From Azolla caroliniana (taxonomy: Eukaryota > Plantae > Polypodiophyta): DNA of 64,000 nucleotides. Positions within the stretch are counted from its first letter, which is position 1, and each line of letters opens with the position of its first letter. Below are positions 1 through 12,573 of the stretch, one piece after another. Under the pieces are notes generated by a model. That model did not search any database. It was given only the letters and a program-made list of their open reading frames with translations, and was not told the origin of the DNA. The position numbers were made by a program, and so were the translations under genes. The stretch covers positions 13,330,001 to 13,394,000 of the forward strand of contig JBHGNT010000013.1 of the NCBI GenBank assembly GCA_043228905.1, in the 5' to 3' direction.

Positions 1-2545
1 TTGGTCCACTCGGACGTCTGTGGCTCGATGCCACATCAATCTCTGGGCGGTGCTTTGTACTTCGTCAGTTTTATTGACGACTCGACTCGGAAGGTGTGGG
101 CTTACCCCATTAGAACCAAAGATCTAGTGTTCTCGATCTTCTTCGAATGGCTTGCAATGGTCGAAAACCAGACCAGTCGGAAACTAAAATGTCTCTGAAC
201 TGATAATGGAGGAGAATTCAAGTCTAACGAATTCGTCAAATTTTGCCGGGAATGCGGCATTCGACGTGAATATACGACACCTTATAGTTCGGAGCACAAT
301 AGAATTGTTGAACGCATGAATCAGACGATTCAAGAACGCATAGTATCCAGGCTCCAACACTCCGGACTGTTGGATGGCTTATGGGTGGAGGCTCTACTGA
401 CGACAGTACACATAATAAACATGTCGCCAAGTAGACCTCTAGGACTTAAAATACCTTAGGAAACATGGACTGGTAGTAAGCGGAATTATGACAAGCTGAG
501 GATCTTCGGTTGCGAGGCGTATCCCCTCATACCGAAAGACGACCGCCGGAAACTCGAACCGAGATCAAGGAAATGCATTTTCCTTGGATATGGACCCGAC
601 GGCGAGATCGGATACCGACTCTAGGACCTCGAGCACAGACAAATCGTCCGAAGTTCGGACGTCGTGTTCAACGACTCGTTGGCTACGCATAAAACGGCCG
701 AATGGCCTATTGAAGTCCAAAGGGTAATATTTTCCAAAGTGGCAACCCTTCATGAAGGCCCAACCCACAACACGAGATCGGTTTCATGGGTAACTGACAC
801 CTCTCGTCCTGAATCCACAGATTCAACATCGCCGAATGGCTCGGCTTCTGACCATCCGAAACCTATACCCGGTGCGACCAGTCGAGTCATACCTCAAAGA
901 TCCGAGAGACTGTTGCAACCTCTGGAAAGGTACTCTCCCGGAATTTTCTTTATTGACGTCGGCGAACCGACGTCTTATGAAGAAGCATCGGCATCTGCCG
1001 ACTCAGCCACCTGGCATTTGGCGATGGAGTTGGAAATGCACTCCATTCGCGCAACCAAGACTTGGGACTTGGTCGAATTACTGGAGAATCGACGTGCTCT
1101 TCCGTGTAAGTGGGTCTATCGACTAAAAGAGACGGTCGACTCGACCAACCCAAAGTACAAGGTCAGATTAGTTGCAAAGGGATTTTGACAAGAATATGGC
1201 GTCGACTTCGACGAAATCTTTTCACCAGTGGTGAAAATGACAACCCTTCTTTCATGCTCGGCGTCGTGGCCGCCGACAACTTGGAGCTGATTCAGCTAGA
1301 TGTAAAAGCGGCATTCCTCCACGGTGACCTACAAGAGGAAATCTATATGGAGCAACCGAAAGGCTTTGTGGCATCTGGCCAGGAACATCTAGTCTGCCGA
1401 CTCAGGAAGAGTTAATACGGCCTAAAACAGGCACCCCAACAGTGGTACAAGAAGTTCGACGACTTCATCTAGTCGGTTGGCTTCTCCAAGAGCGATGAGG
1501 ACCACTGTCTCTTCACCAAAACAGCTCAAGACGGGTCTCCCGTCTTCCTCATCATTTACGTGGACGACATCTACTCTTTGGCCGACATGCCGGAGAGCTC
1601 ACCGAACTCGTTCAGAAACTGCATTTGAAGTTTGCCATGAAGGACCTTGGTCCAGCAAGACACATACTTGGTATGAAGATCAGTCGGCATCGCGATAAAC
1701 GACAACTCTTCTTGTCTCAAACCGACTACATCGGACGTGCCTTGGAACGCTTCAACATGCACTCGGCCAAGTCTACTTCGACCCCACTCCCGCTCCCCAT
1801 TAACCTTCGGCTGTCTCAACGAGACTGCCTGACATCCGGTCCGGAGGGGGAAGATATGAAGTTAGTACCGTATGCACTAGCAGTCGGCTCCCTTATGTAC
1901 CCGATGGTCGCAACACGGCCTAATATTTCTCACACCGTAGGAGTCGTCAACAGATTCATGCACAACCTAGGCCGATCGCACTGGAACACAGTCAAGCATG
2001 TGTTCAGATATCTAGCTGGCACAAAAGACCATGACATTCTTTTTGGCCCAAACTCAACCTCAGGCGTAGTCGGTTACACCAACTCGGACTTCGCCGGCTG
2101 CGTGGATAGTTGGAAATCAACAACCAAATATTGTTTCAAATTCGGCAATGGAGCAATCTCGTGGAAGTCGAAAATTCAGGAGTGCATAGCCACCTCAACG
2201 ACCGAAGTGGAATATGTAGATGCGTTTGACGCGGCAAAAGAAGCTTTATGGCTCAGTCGGATGGCGCACACGTTTCGACAAGTCGACCTCGACTCGGCTC
2301 CAGTTGTCTGTAGCAACAGTCAGGGTGTTGTTGCTTTGTCAAAAAATCCGGTTCACCACAACGCCTCCAAGCATATCGACGTTCAATATCACTTTGTTTG
2401 GGATTGCATCATTTTAGGGAAAATCGGTCTCGAGAAGATATCCACAACCAATAATGTCGGAGATGCAATGACCAAGTGTCTTTCGGCGGATCGCTTCCGG
2501 TCCCTTCGGCACCAGATGGGCGTAACGAAAAATCGGTCCAGTTAA
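1..2545 (+). mobile_element. Ty1/copia retrotransposon pol (integrase-RT-RNase H), decayed, 5' part outside window
   Basis: Integrase VHSDVCG..SFIDDSTRKVW and TDNGGEF; RT LIQLDVKAAFLHGDLQEEIYMEQPKGF and IYVDD; RNase H GYTNSDFAG..ISWKSKIQ..HIDVQYHF. INT-RT-RH order is copia. Multiple stops and frameshifts. Confidence 0.95.
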
Positions 2546-2732
2546 AGTCGGACACACAACACATATGGTTTCGGACAACCGACATCAGTCCTTTGAGGAT
2601 CAGCTTCAGCTCTTCCGACCCGACCGGTTTGGTCTTCTGTTTTCAGATCTTGCCGACTCGAACAAAACCGATCTGTCTGATAAACCTTGTATATACCTGT
2701 AGTTTCAGATAACCCATGTATACGCCCATTAC

Positions 2733-2935
2733 GGGGGAGTGTCGAATACGAGTGTATAATGGCCGTATTCACACTGTCCCTTTGGACAACCCAAGTTTGG
2801 GCTATTTCTGTAAATAGCATAAAGGGCAGTTGCCCTAGGATAGTCACTATATAAAGTGACTTTGTAACCTTTAGTAAGGGTTGTTGGTTGTCATTTGTAA
2901 CTGTTGCTATTAAGAAATAAAACGTTTCTTTGTGC

Positions 2936-2976
<41 letters not shown>

Positions 2977-3011
2977 GTAACTGTTGCTATTAAGAAATAA
3001 AACGTTTCTTT
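2733..3011 (+). repeat. Copia polypurine tract (GGGGGAG, 2733-2739) and 3' LTR starting TGTCG at 2740; right end uncertain
   Basis: PPT directly followed by TG; TATA-like ctatataaa near 2847; (CT)n tract; 41-bp block repeated at 2891-2931 and 2971-3011, then abrupt join to LINE sequence. Confidence 0.7.
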
Positions 3012-4250
3012 CAAGAGCCACGGACTAAGGGATGGCTTTTCGACTCATTAGTGACCCCGTCCCTCATGTATGCATCAGTAGTATGGGCTCCAGGTCTACC
3101 ATCTTTCATGTGGACGCAATTGGAGAGACCTTTAGTGGTGATGTTATCACGTCAACTCCGAAGCAAATCGACAGTACCACATGACATTATTAGAGCGGAG
3201 TTTAGCCTACCCCCGATGTTAGTAGAAGCACTCTTTCAAGTGGTAGCTTTTATTCATCGGATACATAGTCAACCACAAGATAGGATATCCCGTCGAGCCT
3301 TTGAGGCATCCCGATCCTTACATGTGTCTGGAGACACCAACTCTTGGTATAGCATTGTGGTGAGTTGGTTATTTGCAAATGGCATAGACATTAATAACCT
3401 ACCTCCCCTTAAGTACAACCATGGGACTGATCAAACTTTAATCTCTCGTGAAGATCGTAATAAAGTGATACGCCAAGAAATATGGCAAATCTACACTCGA
3501 TACAAATGGATCACCCCACGAGAGCCACTCCCATCTAAAATGGTGTACTATAAGGAACACTTCTTGCACTTCTCTAAGTTAGGGTTTATTACACGACCAA
3601 GATACCTAGATACTTTCTTATCAAATGCACTAAGGGTGGCCATTGGACAACTTAGGATATCATCTCACCAACTTGAGATTGAGAATGGTCGAGCTAATAG
3701 AGTCCCTAGAGAGGAAAGGCTATGTAGGTTATGCCACATAGAGATAGAGGATGAGTATCACTTCACATGCAAGTGCCCAACTTATGCCGAGATACGGGCG
3801 GAATACCAAGACATACTAGGACCCTCTCCCACCCTCTCCAAACTATTAGATACCCCGAGTGTAAAGAGACTAGGTAGGTATATCTTAGAGCTAAAACAAC
3901 ATAGGGAGGATAAATTACAAAGTGTTAATCATAACCCTTTTACTACTCATCAACATGTACCTAGTGTAATTTTTCAGGAACATGGGGAGACGATGAATGT
4001 GGATACACTTATGCCGCTCGGCCTCTCCCTTGAGGAAGCAGAAATACAAAGAGCAACCAAACGTCCTCGGATGTTGGGCTTCAACACAAGTCAACGTGGA
4101 GTAGAAAAGATTAAGAAGATAAGGGAACGTGAGCTACGTCGACTCGAAGCTATGGTTGGGGTACCTCTTACATGGGGACCACGGGCCACATCCACATCAT
4201 GGCAACCCTTTGACCCCCCGCTTCTCTTCGAGAGACTTGGATGGAAATGA
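3012..4250 (+). mobile_element. Non-LTR retrotransposon (LINE) ORF2 C-terminal part, RTE-X/L2-like
   Basis: Open frame with WLFDSLVTPSLMYASVVW (post-RT region) and LRISSHQLEIENGR..ERLCRLC..EDEYHFTCKCPTY (CCHC-type C-terminal motif). Confidence 0.85.
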
Positions 4251-5280
4251 AATTAGGCCTAGTATAGAATCATTCTCATTGTAGAACATGTTTTTTATAT
4301 AGAACATGTTTGTTGTTTTCTTAGAACTATTTAGCTTAAACTCTATTTTATCTTATTTTTATTTTTACTTTCGATGAATGGGTAAATATCCCATTTTTGT
4401 TGTACACCTTTTGTCTCATGGGCCAATTTTGGCCTTAGAAGACGTTAATATATCTTTCTTTCTTTCTTTCTTTCTCTCTCTCTCTCTCTATATCTTGTTC
4501 ATTCTCATACACAAGTCCTTCAACATCATAGATGTTGTTTGTTCTTCCGCACTTACGACCTTGTCCCCAACACTCATTGCATAGATACGATGCCACCATG
4601 AGATCATTCTTATGAGAAGCATTCGTAATGACGTAACCATGTGATGGGCCACGTGGGCCTACTACGAAAAGAGGGCTCATTTGACTTGACCATTAGGTTG
4701 CACTTTGGCGTATGCCATCGTAATTACGAGACTTGAGGTTAGGTAACGTACCAACATATTTTGTAGTAAACGAGGGGGAAATAAGGACTCTTGACATATA
4801 TGTTTCTTTTAAAAAAACATATATGGGCAAATGCCTCGCATATCTCTTATACGCATGAAACATTAAACATTGAAGAAGAGCAACTTACTTGGTTGGCTCA
4901 AGTGTTTAATGCATTTGTTCTCGAGGTCTCGAGTTCAAATATGACCAAGACCATCCAACATTGTTGATACATATGACTATAACACATGTTTAGACTTAAG
5001 GTCTAAGTGCACTTTGGGGTCCTCGTAATATGACTTAAAGAGCCGAAACCACATATGTGGACACAAAAACATAGTTTATTCTTAACATTTTTTTCGTGTA
5101 TAAACTATTCATGACGCAAACATAAATGGTTGAGCCTCGGGGAGCCGCCATGAAAAAAATCGATATAGAGATAAGGGAAAGACATTTATTTGTCACCCCC
5201 ATGGTTTTTAAGACACCTTTGTGTTACCATAGTAACCGTATCTTGAACCTCATCTCATACGTCTAGAGGGGTATTGACGT

Positions 5281-6095
5281 TGTCGTGCCTCTCGGCGCTG
5301 GATCATTACGTGAGTCGGGTGGGAACCGCTGGGGTTTTGGACTAGGAGAAAGGAGATCGTGAGATAGAGATGAATTATGAGTAGATAGCAAAGAGAAAGA
5401 TAAGAAACTCGTGAATCACACGAGTAGACTATATTAATTGGTACTTAGGTTGTTAAGAAAGAAGTAGATGCATAAATCGTGAATCCCACGAATAATTTTT
5501 ATATTGATCAATACTTAATCAAAAAAAAAAAACCAACCCTTATACATCTTTCTCTCCTCCTTATATAAGGACGAAAGAGGCTAAGCATAACTTCTTGCTT
5601 TTCTAAAGTGTTCATGCTCTCTAAATTTGCATGCTTTACTTTTCCCACTACGATTTCCTAAATTTAGCATTCATGCCCGCTAGATGTGCATGCGTAATTT
5701 TATTGGTGTGCATATAAATAAAGTTTTCACGCATTCTAAAAATGCATGACTTACCTTTTAATAAAGGTAGGTGAAAATAAAGGTTTTATAACCATTAAAT
5801 CTATTTTTAAAACACTTAGAATAAGTTAGTATAATGATAAGGCTGGAGTTTGTTTGTGTGGAGGTGTAGGGTTCGAATCTTGCCCTATGCACATAACAGA
5901 AAATTTAATGTTTCTTTTATTTACAATTGTGTCTCTTATTCCCGTAAGAGACTCTCACCGGCCTTCTTCATCCGGTTCTTCCTTGCCGATTCCTCCTTGC
6001 CGGTTTCTCTTCGTCCGGTTCTCACCGGGTATTTCATTCTCTATCCGGATGGACAAAATGCAATTTCCAAGTAGTGTGTAAATTACACTACGACA
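5281..6095 (-). repeat. 3' LTR of the Trp-primed gypsy element
   Basis: Direct repeat of 11759-12573 (about 30 differences by eye, mostly transitions); PPT AGAGGGGGTGAG on minus strand at 6096-6107. Confidence 0.95.
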
Positions 6096-9000
6096 CTCAC
6101 CCCCTCTAAACCCGCACATCCTCCGGTATGTGCCAAAGTTCCCGATGTTCTATATTTGCCTCCATCTGTATCGCTCTCCGAATCTTCCCTTATGTCGACT
6201 ACGAGTTGAAGTCCACTTTCTTCGCTATTCGCATCACCGCGATCTTTGTCCGGTTGCTCCTCATTGTCGGTCTCGTCTATGGCTACATAAGATTCGTTGT
6301 TAGTCCGCTTCTTGAAGATCTTCACCCGTTTCCCTGCTATAGGCACTCGTAGTATCGTTCCATCCAATTCACTTAGTCGGTAAGTTCCGTTGTCGAAAAC
6401 TTTCCGAACCTCATATGGGCCGAACCACCTTTTTGCGAACTTCCGCACCGTCGTATGTTGATGATCCAAACTACTGTCATAGACAATCACCTAATCTCCT
6501 TCTTCAATCTTCCGTGGTCATAGTCGGTGCTTGGTGTCGAACCGGCTTTTGTTCCGGAGTCGCGCTTCTTATTGTCGGCGTGACACTTCCGCTACATCTT
6601 TCGGTCTTCCCTCCAGTTGTCGTATCCGGACCGCTAGTAGTTCTTCCCGGCTCATCTCTTCCTTCCACGGTAACATTGTCCATGTCGCGATTGCGGTTTC
6701 CGTCGGCATTACCGGTGCTTGTCCGGTCATAAGTTCTGCTGGCATATAACCGGTTACGGAGCTATGCGTCGTCCGATCCGCCCATAGTGCATACAGGAGC
6801 ATATGCGGCCAATCCATCACCCTTTCGTCGCATGCTTTGGCAAGTGCTTTGACAATCGGACTATGTCCTCACTCGACCTTCCCGTTGGCTTCCGGATTGT
6901 ATGTCGTTGTTAGTGTTAACTGAACTCCATGTTTGGCGAAGAATCCCCTAGCTTTATCAGAGTCAAGTTCTCCCCGATCCGCAATCACCTGTCCTACGCA
7001 TCCGTACCTGCAAAACACTTCTTCCAAAAGAAATTGACATACTATAGAACATGTTTTTCTTCGTAGCGCCCGACCTTCTACTTGATTTGTGAGATCTTCC
7101 CGAGCTAACACCAAGTACTTCTTTTGTCCGATCCCGGTTGGCATGGCTACAATGTCGACCATCCATTTGAAGTTGATTGTCGGTGAGAATGTCGGATGTA
7201 ACTCATCTCGGTGTCAAACTCCGGAGTAGATTTGACACTTCTCGCAGCTTTCCGTGAACTCCGCGACATCTTTGTACATATTCTTCCACCAATATCTTTG
7301 CTTGATCTTCCCAAATGTTACTCATGTTCCCCAATGAACAACCCAATCAGATTCGTGAAATTCGGATTACCTAGTTTCGTTGCTCTTTTGTCCCGACTAC
7401 TCGAAGTGGTATGCCACCCGGTCTTTTCGGCTCCCTCCATAAAAATCCATTTTTCAAGAAGAACTTTCGGATTTGCCGTTTCTTACTTCGGATCTCGGCT
7501 CTCTTCTCTTTATTGTCCGATGATTCCTCGATTTCTCGTAGCATTTCCCGATCAACAAGCTTTCTCCCTCGTATTCTTCTTCCCGGAATTCTTGGATTAC
7601 GTCTACCCGGCATATGTGCTCCGAAGCAAAGTAGTCTTCGGAAACTTCTTCATTATTGGATTCAGTTATATCATCTCCAAACCGCGCCCTTGATAGCATA
7701 TCCGCTACATCATTGTCTTTTCCGGAGATGTGTCTTACCTCCAGATTAAGTGACTTAACATATGCAATCCATCTTAGCATAGCCACATCCGGTATTGTAC
7801 AACACCGCATCATCCCGAGTATCGGAAGACAATCCGTTTCGATCACTACTTCGGCTCCGATCAAATAATCTCGATTTGATTTGATTGCCGACACGACTCC
7901 CCATAATTCTCTTTTAACTTGTGCATATCCGCGTTGCCTTTCGTTGAGAACCTTTGCTCCAAATTGGATCGGATATCGCGAACCTTCCAGATCGGCTTGA
8001 TTGATGACCCATCTGATTCCGGTTGGACTTGTGTCAACCGTTACTATGATCGGTTGGTCATAGTTCGGCTTCTTTAGTGCTTCTGCCCTCCGTAGTGATT
8101 TCTTGAGCTTCTTCACGACTTTGGTATGCTCCGGTTTCCATTCAAACTTCTTACCCTTCCGCAACAAGTGATAGAGTGGGTCCGCTATATGTGCATAGTG
8201 CGGAATCCATATGTGGTAGAATGCACATGCTCCAAGAAACCTTCGAACTTCGGATTGTGCCTCGCATACTTCTTTCATAGCTTGAATCGCATCGATCTTG
8301 GTTGGTGACGGTCTTTGGCCGTAGGGCCCACATAGACGCCCGACTACCAATATTTCTTCTTGTCCGAATGCCGATTTCTCTCTAGAAAGTGTTAGATGCA
8401 CATCTTCTAACTTCCGTAACACTTTCTCACAATCACGGATATGGTTGACTACAAACCTTCGGCATCCCTGTTCATCCATAGCTTCATCTTTTTCTTCCAC
8501 CACACACCCTTTCATCAGAATGTCATCTAGGAACGGCATCGTTATCTCCGGTATGCAATCCCGAAGCACCTTGTTCATCGCATTCATCATATGTGCGACT
8601 GAGTTCGTCGCGCCTTGTGGTAGCGTACACATCCGGACTAATCCTATCGATGTCCGCATGGTAGTGATGTCTTGGCTCTCCACGGCTAGTTGGAATTGGT
8701 CATATCCTGAATATAGGTCTCCGATGGAGTATATCGCACGGCCGGCAAATGCTTCCGCAAATTCGTCCACTATCGGACCGACTCCGGAGTTCCGGATCGT
8801 GACCTTGTTTACCGGTTGCAAATCTTGAATAAATCGGAGTGACCCATTCTTCTTCGGAACCGTAAACCATCGATTTGAGTACGGAACATTTGATGGCTCT
8901 AGAATCCCCATCGCCACCTTCTCCTTGAGCAAGTCGATGACTTTCGGAATATGCGCCCGCGGCACCAAAATCGGCTTCGGGCTCCACGGCACATGGTCAA

Positions 9001-11720
9001 TCGTGAAGATCACCATTGGCTCCACTATCTTCGGATCAACGCACCCTATCTCGTTCGATGTGAATGCAAATGCTTTTCCATGTTGTTCCAGCATCTCACA
9101 AAACCGTTCTTCTTCTTTTTGTGAGAGGAAACCACCTCCACCGATCCGAAGTTTCTTTCGGGTCTCATCCGAGAAGGCATGTCCGATATCCATGGACTTC
9201 CGAAGTGTCGGATCCCCCGAGACTTCTTTCCTCTTTTGTTCGCTATCTGCGGGTAACGGTCTTGCGGCCGGTTTCACTTTCTTCTCCACGGTCTTGTATT
9301 TCGTAATTACCATTGCTTCTTCTTTGCGGAGCGCATCCGGCCCCATTTTCACAATGATCTCGTACATCTCGACCGACTCCACCGGAATTACCTGGTCTTC
9401 TTGGTTTTTATCTTCCGCGAGCTCTTCAAGCCGTTGTAGTGTGCTCCCATAGAACACTTCTTCGAGTATTCCCACGATTTCTTCGTCTTCTTTTATTATT
9501 GATGCCGACCGTAACTTATCCTCCACTTTTCGGTATTCTTTCTTCATTCCTCCGGTTACGGCCGTGTATGTGGATGCCCCATCCGGACCGATTCGTACTT
9601 GTTTTGCACCGAGAGGTTTCTTCCTGTGTGGGGTATCAGGGCTTCTCAGACTATCACTTCCCCAGTCCGCAACTGTCCGCTCTAAAAATCCATTCTTGTT
9701 TGGGACAAGAGCTCTCTCTTGTTCCTTTCATGATTTTCCGGCACCGTTAGGAATTGGACGGATTTCCCTCCGTTTTGGCTCCGAATTCGTTCAAAAGCCG
9801 AACCGCTATCGAGCACCTTCGTCTCCATCCGTGATGTCGTGATAAAAGGTTGCCCGAGGATCATGGAGTGTGAGACCTCGTCTTGTACGAAGAAATTTTG
9901 GTCGATCTCGACATCCCCGATCTTCACCGTCACATCCGGACAAGCCGCAAATAGATCTTCCGTTGCTTTAGTGGCCGCCCGGATCTTCCACCCATGATTC
10001 GTGTTAATAGGCCACTTACCCTTCCGGTAGAATTCCTTGGACATCAAGTTGATCTCCGATCAGTGATCGTCCAATGCTAGCACGGGTTCTTTGATGTTAC
10101 CGATTCGGACCGGAGTCTCCGTAGTTGCGCGTGCCCAGTGTGGCTTTGTGTAGTGAGAATTCGGTATTTCGTCCTCCAATTCGGTGTCATTCATTAGAAC
10201 GGTATTTGCATTCACCCTTTGAGCGTTCTCCTCCGTACTTTGCCTTTTTCTCTTCACGAGATCCACAAGAAGATCGTGGAACTCCTTCTTCGCTATTCTG
10301 AGTAATTCTCGAAGCGAAAAATCTACCCGGCTATCGAGGATTCTCTCCTCGAACACCTTTTTCAAGTCCGTTTGTTGTTCGATGTCCGAGGCGAGCTTGA
10401 ATGCCGGAATCATCTTTTCTTTTCCCTTACCTCCGGAGTTCCAGCTTTCTGGTGTCTTCGATGGACCGGCCGCCTCATCCGTGCGCCATCGCTTCTCATC
10501 TACATACACTTCATGCAATTGGCACAAAGCAAACACGCTATTCTTATTGACGGGGCACTCCCATGCCATAGCTTCCCGGATGCCTTCCGCGGTGCTTCGG
10601 ATCTCGTTAGAGTCGGTTTTCTCGGTGTTTTGTAGCACTTCCGGCAAAAAAGACACCTTTGCTCCCGATGACTCCCCGACACGTATTCCCGCGGTTGTCG
10701 CGTAATTGTTCTTCGCCGCTATTTCCTCCTCTAGGACCTTCTTCATGCCGCCTTTTCGAAAGTTCGGTCGGAGCGGCTTCCGAGAGTCCATCGAATGAAT
10801 CCAATTTCCCTCGTAGTAGATAAGATCCCATCGTAACACCTCCTTGTGCTCGTCGCAATCCCTCCGATCGTGTTCGGTGCTATCACACCATATACATCGA
10901 CGGTCCATATACTTGGAGTTTGTGGGACGGTCTCCCGACTTCTTCACCATCACGATTTTCAGATTCTCCATATCTTTCAGCAACTGCTCCACCGTGGTTG
11001 CGTCAATCCCCTTCTCGGTCGTAGTCTCTCGAGCCCGCAATTGATGGTCCTCCAATCCGAATCTCGGTTTCGGAATCGGTTCTGAAACCCTCTTCTCTTC
11101 ATTAGCAAGCCACTACCCCCTCTTCGTGTATCGCAGGACGATATCCCGCACGCTTTCCCACGTTTCGGTGAGGCCGCTTTCGGTGGTCGTGTCCTCCAGA
11201 AGCACTCCGAGATCTTTCCGGTCCCAGATGTCCACGGCTCGCAAAAACATGATGACTTTGACCGATGCAAGAATAGTTTGATCTCTCGCGGACAACCCCC
11301 CGAACCGACTTTCAAATGACGAAAACACTTCGAGGACCTTCAGTCCCTTACCTGGTGTTTCCACCCAATCTTCGAATCCCCTCCGCGTTGCCTTGGAGAA
11401 GTCCTCGATGGCGAACGTGGTTTTAACGCTTCTTCAAATGCTTCCCACGTCGGATTTTGCTGTTGTAACCCGTGGATACTCCCTTGAAGCCCGTCGGTCG
11501 CCACCCGGTTGAAGGATGTCACTTGCAGTCCTTCCGAAATCCGGCACCGGAGCATCTCTGCCTTGTAGTCCTGCAAATATCGCGACACATACTTACCGTT
11601 GAATTGCCCGTTGCGTTGCACGAGCCGCTCTACTACTGTTGAAATCTCCGACATCGCGTGTTGTTCTTGTAGCATCCGCTCGAACATCGCCATCATATTG
11701 TTAGCTTGTTGATTCTCCAT
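6083..11720 (-). pseudogene. gag-pol polyprotein of the Trp-primed gypsy element, disrupted
   Basis: Gag with CIWCDSTEHDRRDC knuckle; protease ALDDH*SEINLM; RT YSGYDQF..LPQGATNS..PFLDD; RNase H VDTSPTG..ETDC; integrase DRGE..YNPEANGKVE and GPY motif (WFGPYEV). Several stops and frameshifts. Confidence 0.9.
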
Positions 11721-11735
11721 CTCCTTGCCACCCGT

Positions 11736-11754
11736 ATTCACGTCGGGTTCACCA
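11736..11754 (-). promoter_or_regulatory. Primer-binding site complementary to tRNA-Trp 3' end
   Basis: Plus strand ATTCACGTCGGGTTCACCA matches the 3' end of plant cytosolic tRNA-Trp plus CCA as I recall it; 4 nt from the 5' LTR. Confidence 0.85.
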
Positions 11755-11758
11755 CTTG

Positions 11759-12573
11759 TGTCGTGCCTCTCGGCGCCGGATCGTTACGTGAGTTGGGTGG
11801 GAACCGCTGGGGTTTTGGACTAGGAGAAAGGAGATCGTGAGATAGAGATTAATTATGAGTAGATAGCAAAGAGAAAGATAAGAAACTCGTGAATCACACG
11901 AGTATACTATATTAATTGGTACTTAGGTTGTTAAGAAAGAAGTAGATGCATAAATCGTGAATCCCACGAATAATTTTTATATTGATCAATACTTAATCAA
12001 AAAAAAAAAACCAACCCTTATACATCTTTCTCTCCTCCTTATATAAGGACGGAAGAGGCTAAGTATAGCTTCTTGCTTTTCTAAAGTGTTCATGCTCTCT
12101 AAATTTGCATGCTTTACTTTTCCCACTACGATTTCCTAAATTTAGCATTCATGCCTGGTAGATGTGCATGCGTAATTTTATTAGTGTGCATATAAATAAA
12201 GTTTTCACACATTCTAAAAATGCATGACTTACCTTTTAATAAAGGTAGGTGAAAATAAAGGTTTTATACGCATTAAATCTATATTAAAACACTTAGAGTA
12301 AGTTAGTATAGTGATAAGGTTGGAGTTTGATTTTTGTGGAGGTGTAGGGTTCGAATCTTGCCCTATGCACGTAACAAAAATTTTAATGTTTCTTTTATTT
12401 ACAATTGTGCCTCTTATTCCCGTAAGAGACTCTCACCGGCCTTCTTCATCCGGTTCTTCCTTGCCGATTCCTCCTTACCGGTTTCTCTTCGTCCGGTTCT
12501 CACCAGGTATTTCATTCTCTATCCGAATGGACAAAATGCAATTTCCACGTAGTGTGTAAATTACACTACAACA
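11759..12573 (-). repeat. 5' LTR of the Trp-primed gypsy element
   Basis: Direct repeat of 5281-6095, adjacent to PBS. Confidence 0.95.

Larger units (their letters stand above)
5281..12573 (-). mobile_element. Full-length Ty3/gypsy LTR retrotransposon, tRNA-Trp primed, 4-bp ACGT TSD
   Basis: Paired ~815-bp LTRs (5281-6095, 11759-12573) with TGTCG..CGACA/CAACA ends; ACGT at 5277-5280 and 12574-12577; PBS and PPT present; gag-PR-RT-RH-INT order. Confidence 0.95.

Noticed and set aside
4260-5280. 5' LTR of the host chromovirus
   Set aside because: No match to 21885-22341 and no clear TG..CA boundaries or PBS found.
5850-6081. Duplicated small ORFs (also 12311-12559, 16730-17120, 20864-21254)
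   Set aside because: They lie inside LTRs and are duplicated only because the LTRs are.
11718-11726. Shine-Dalgarno-like AAGGAG before the gag ATG
   Set aside because: Zero spacing to ATG and a nuclear element; treated only as a shared family motif.
11736-11754. tRNA-Trp gene
   Set aside because: Only the 3' 18-19 nt with encoded CCA, next to an LTR; this is a PBS.
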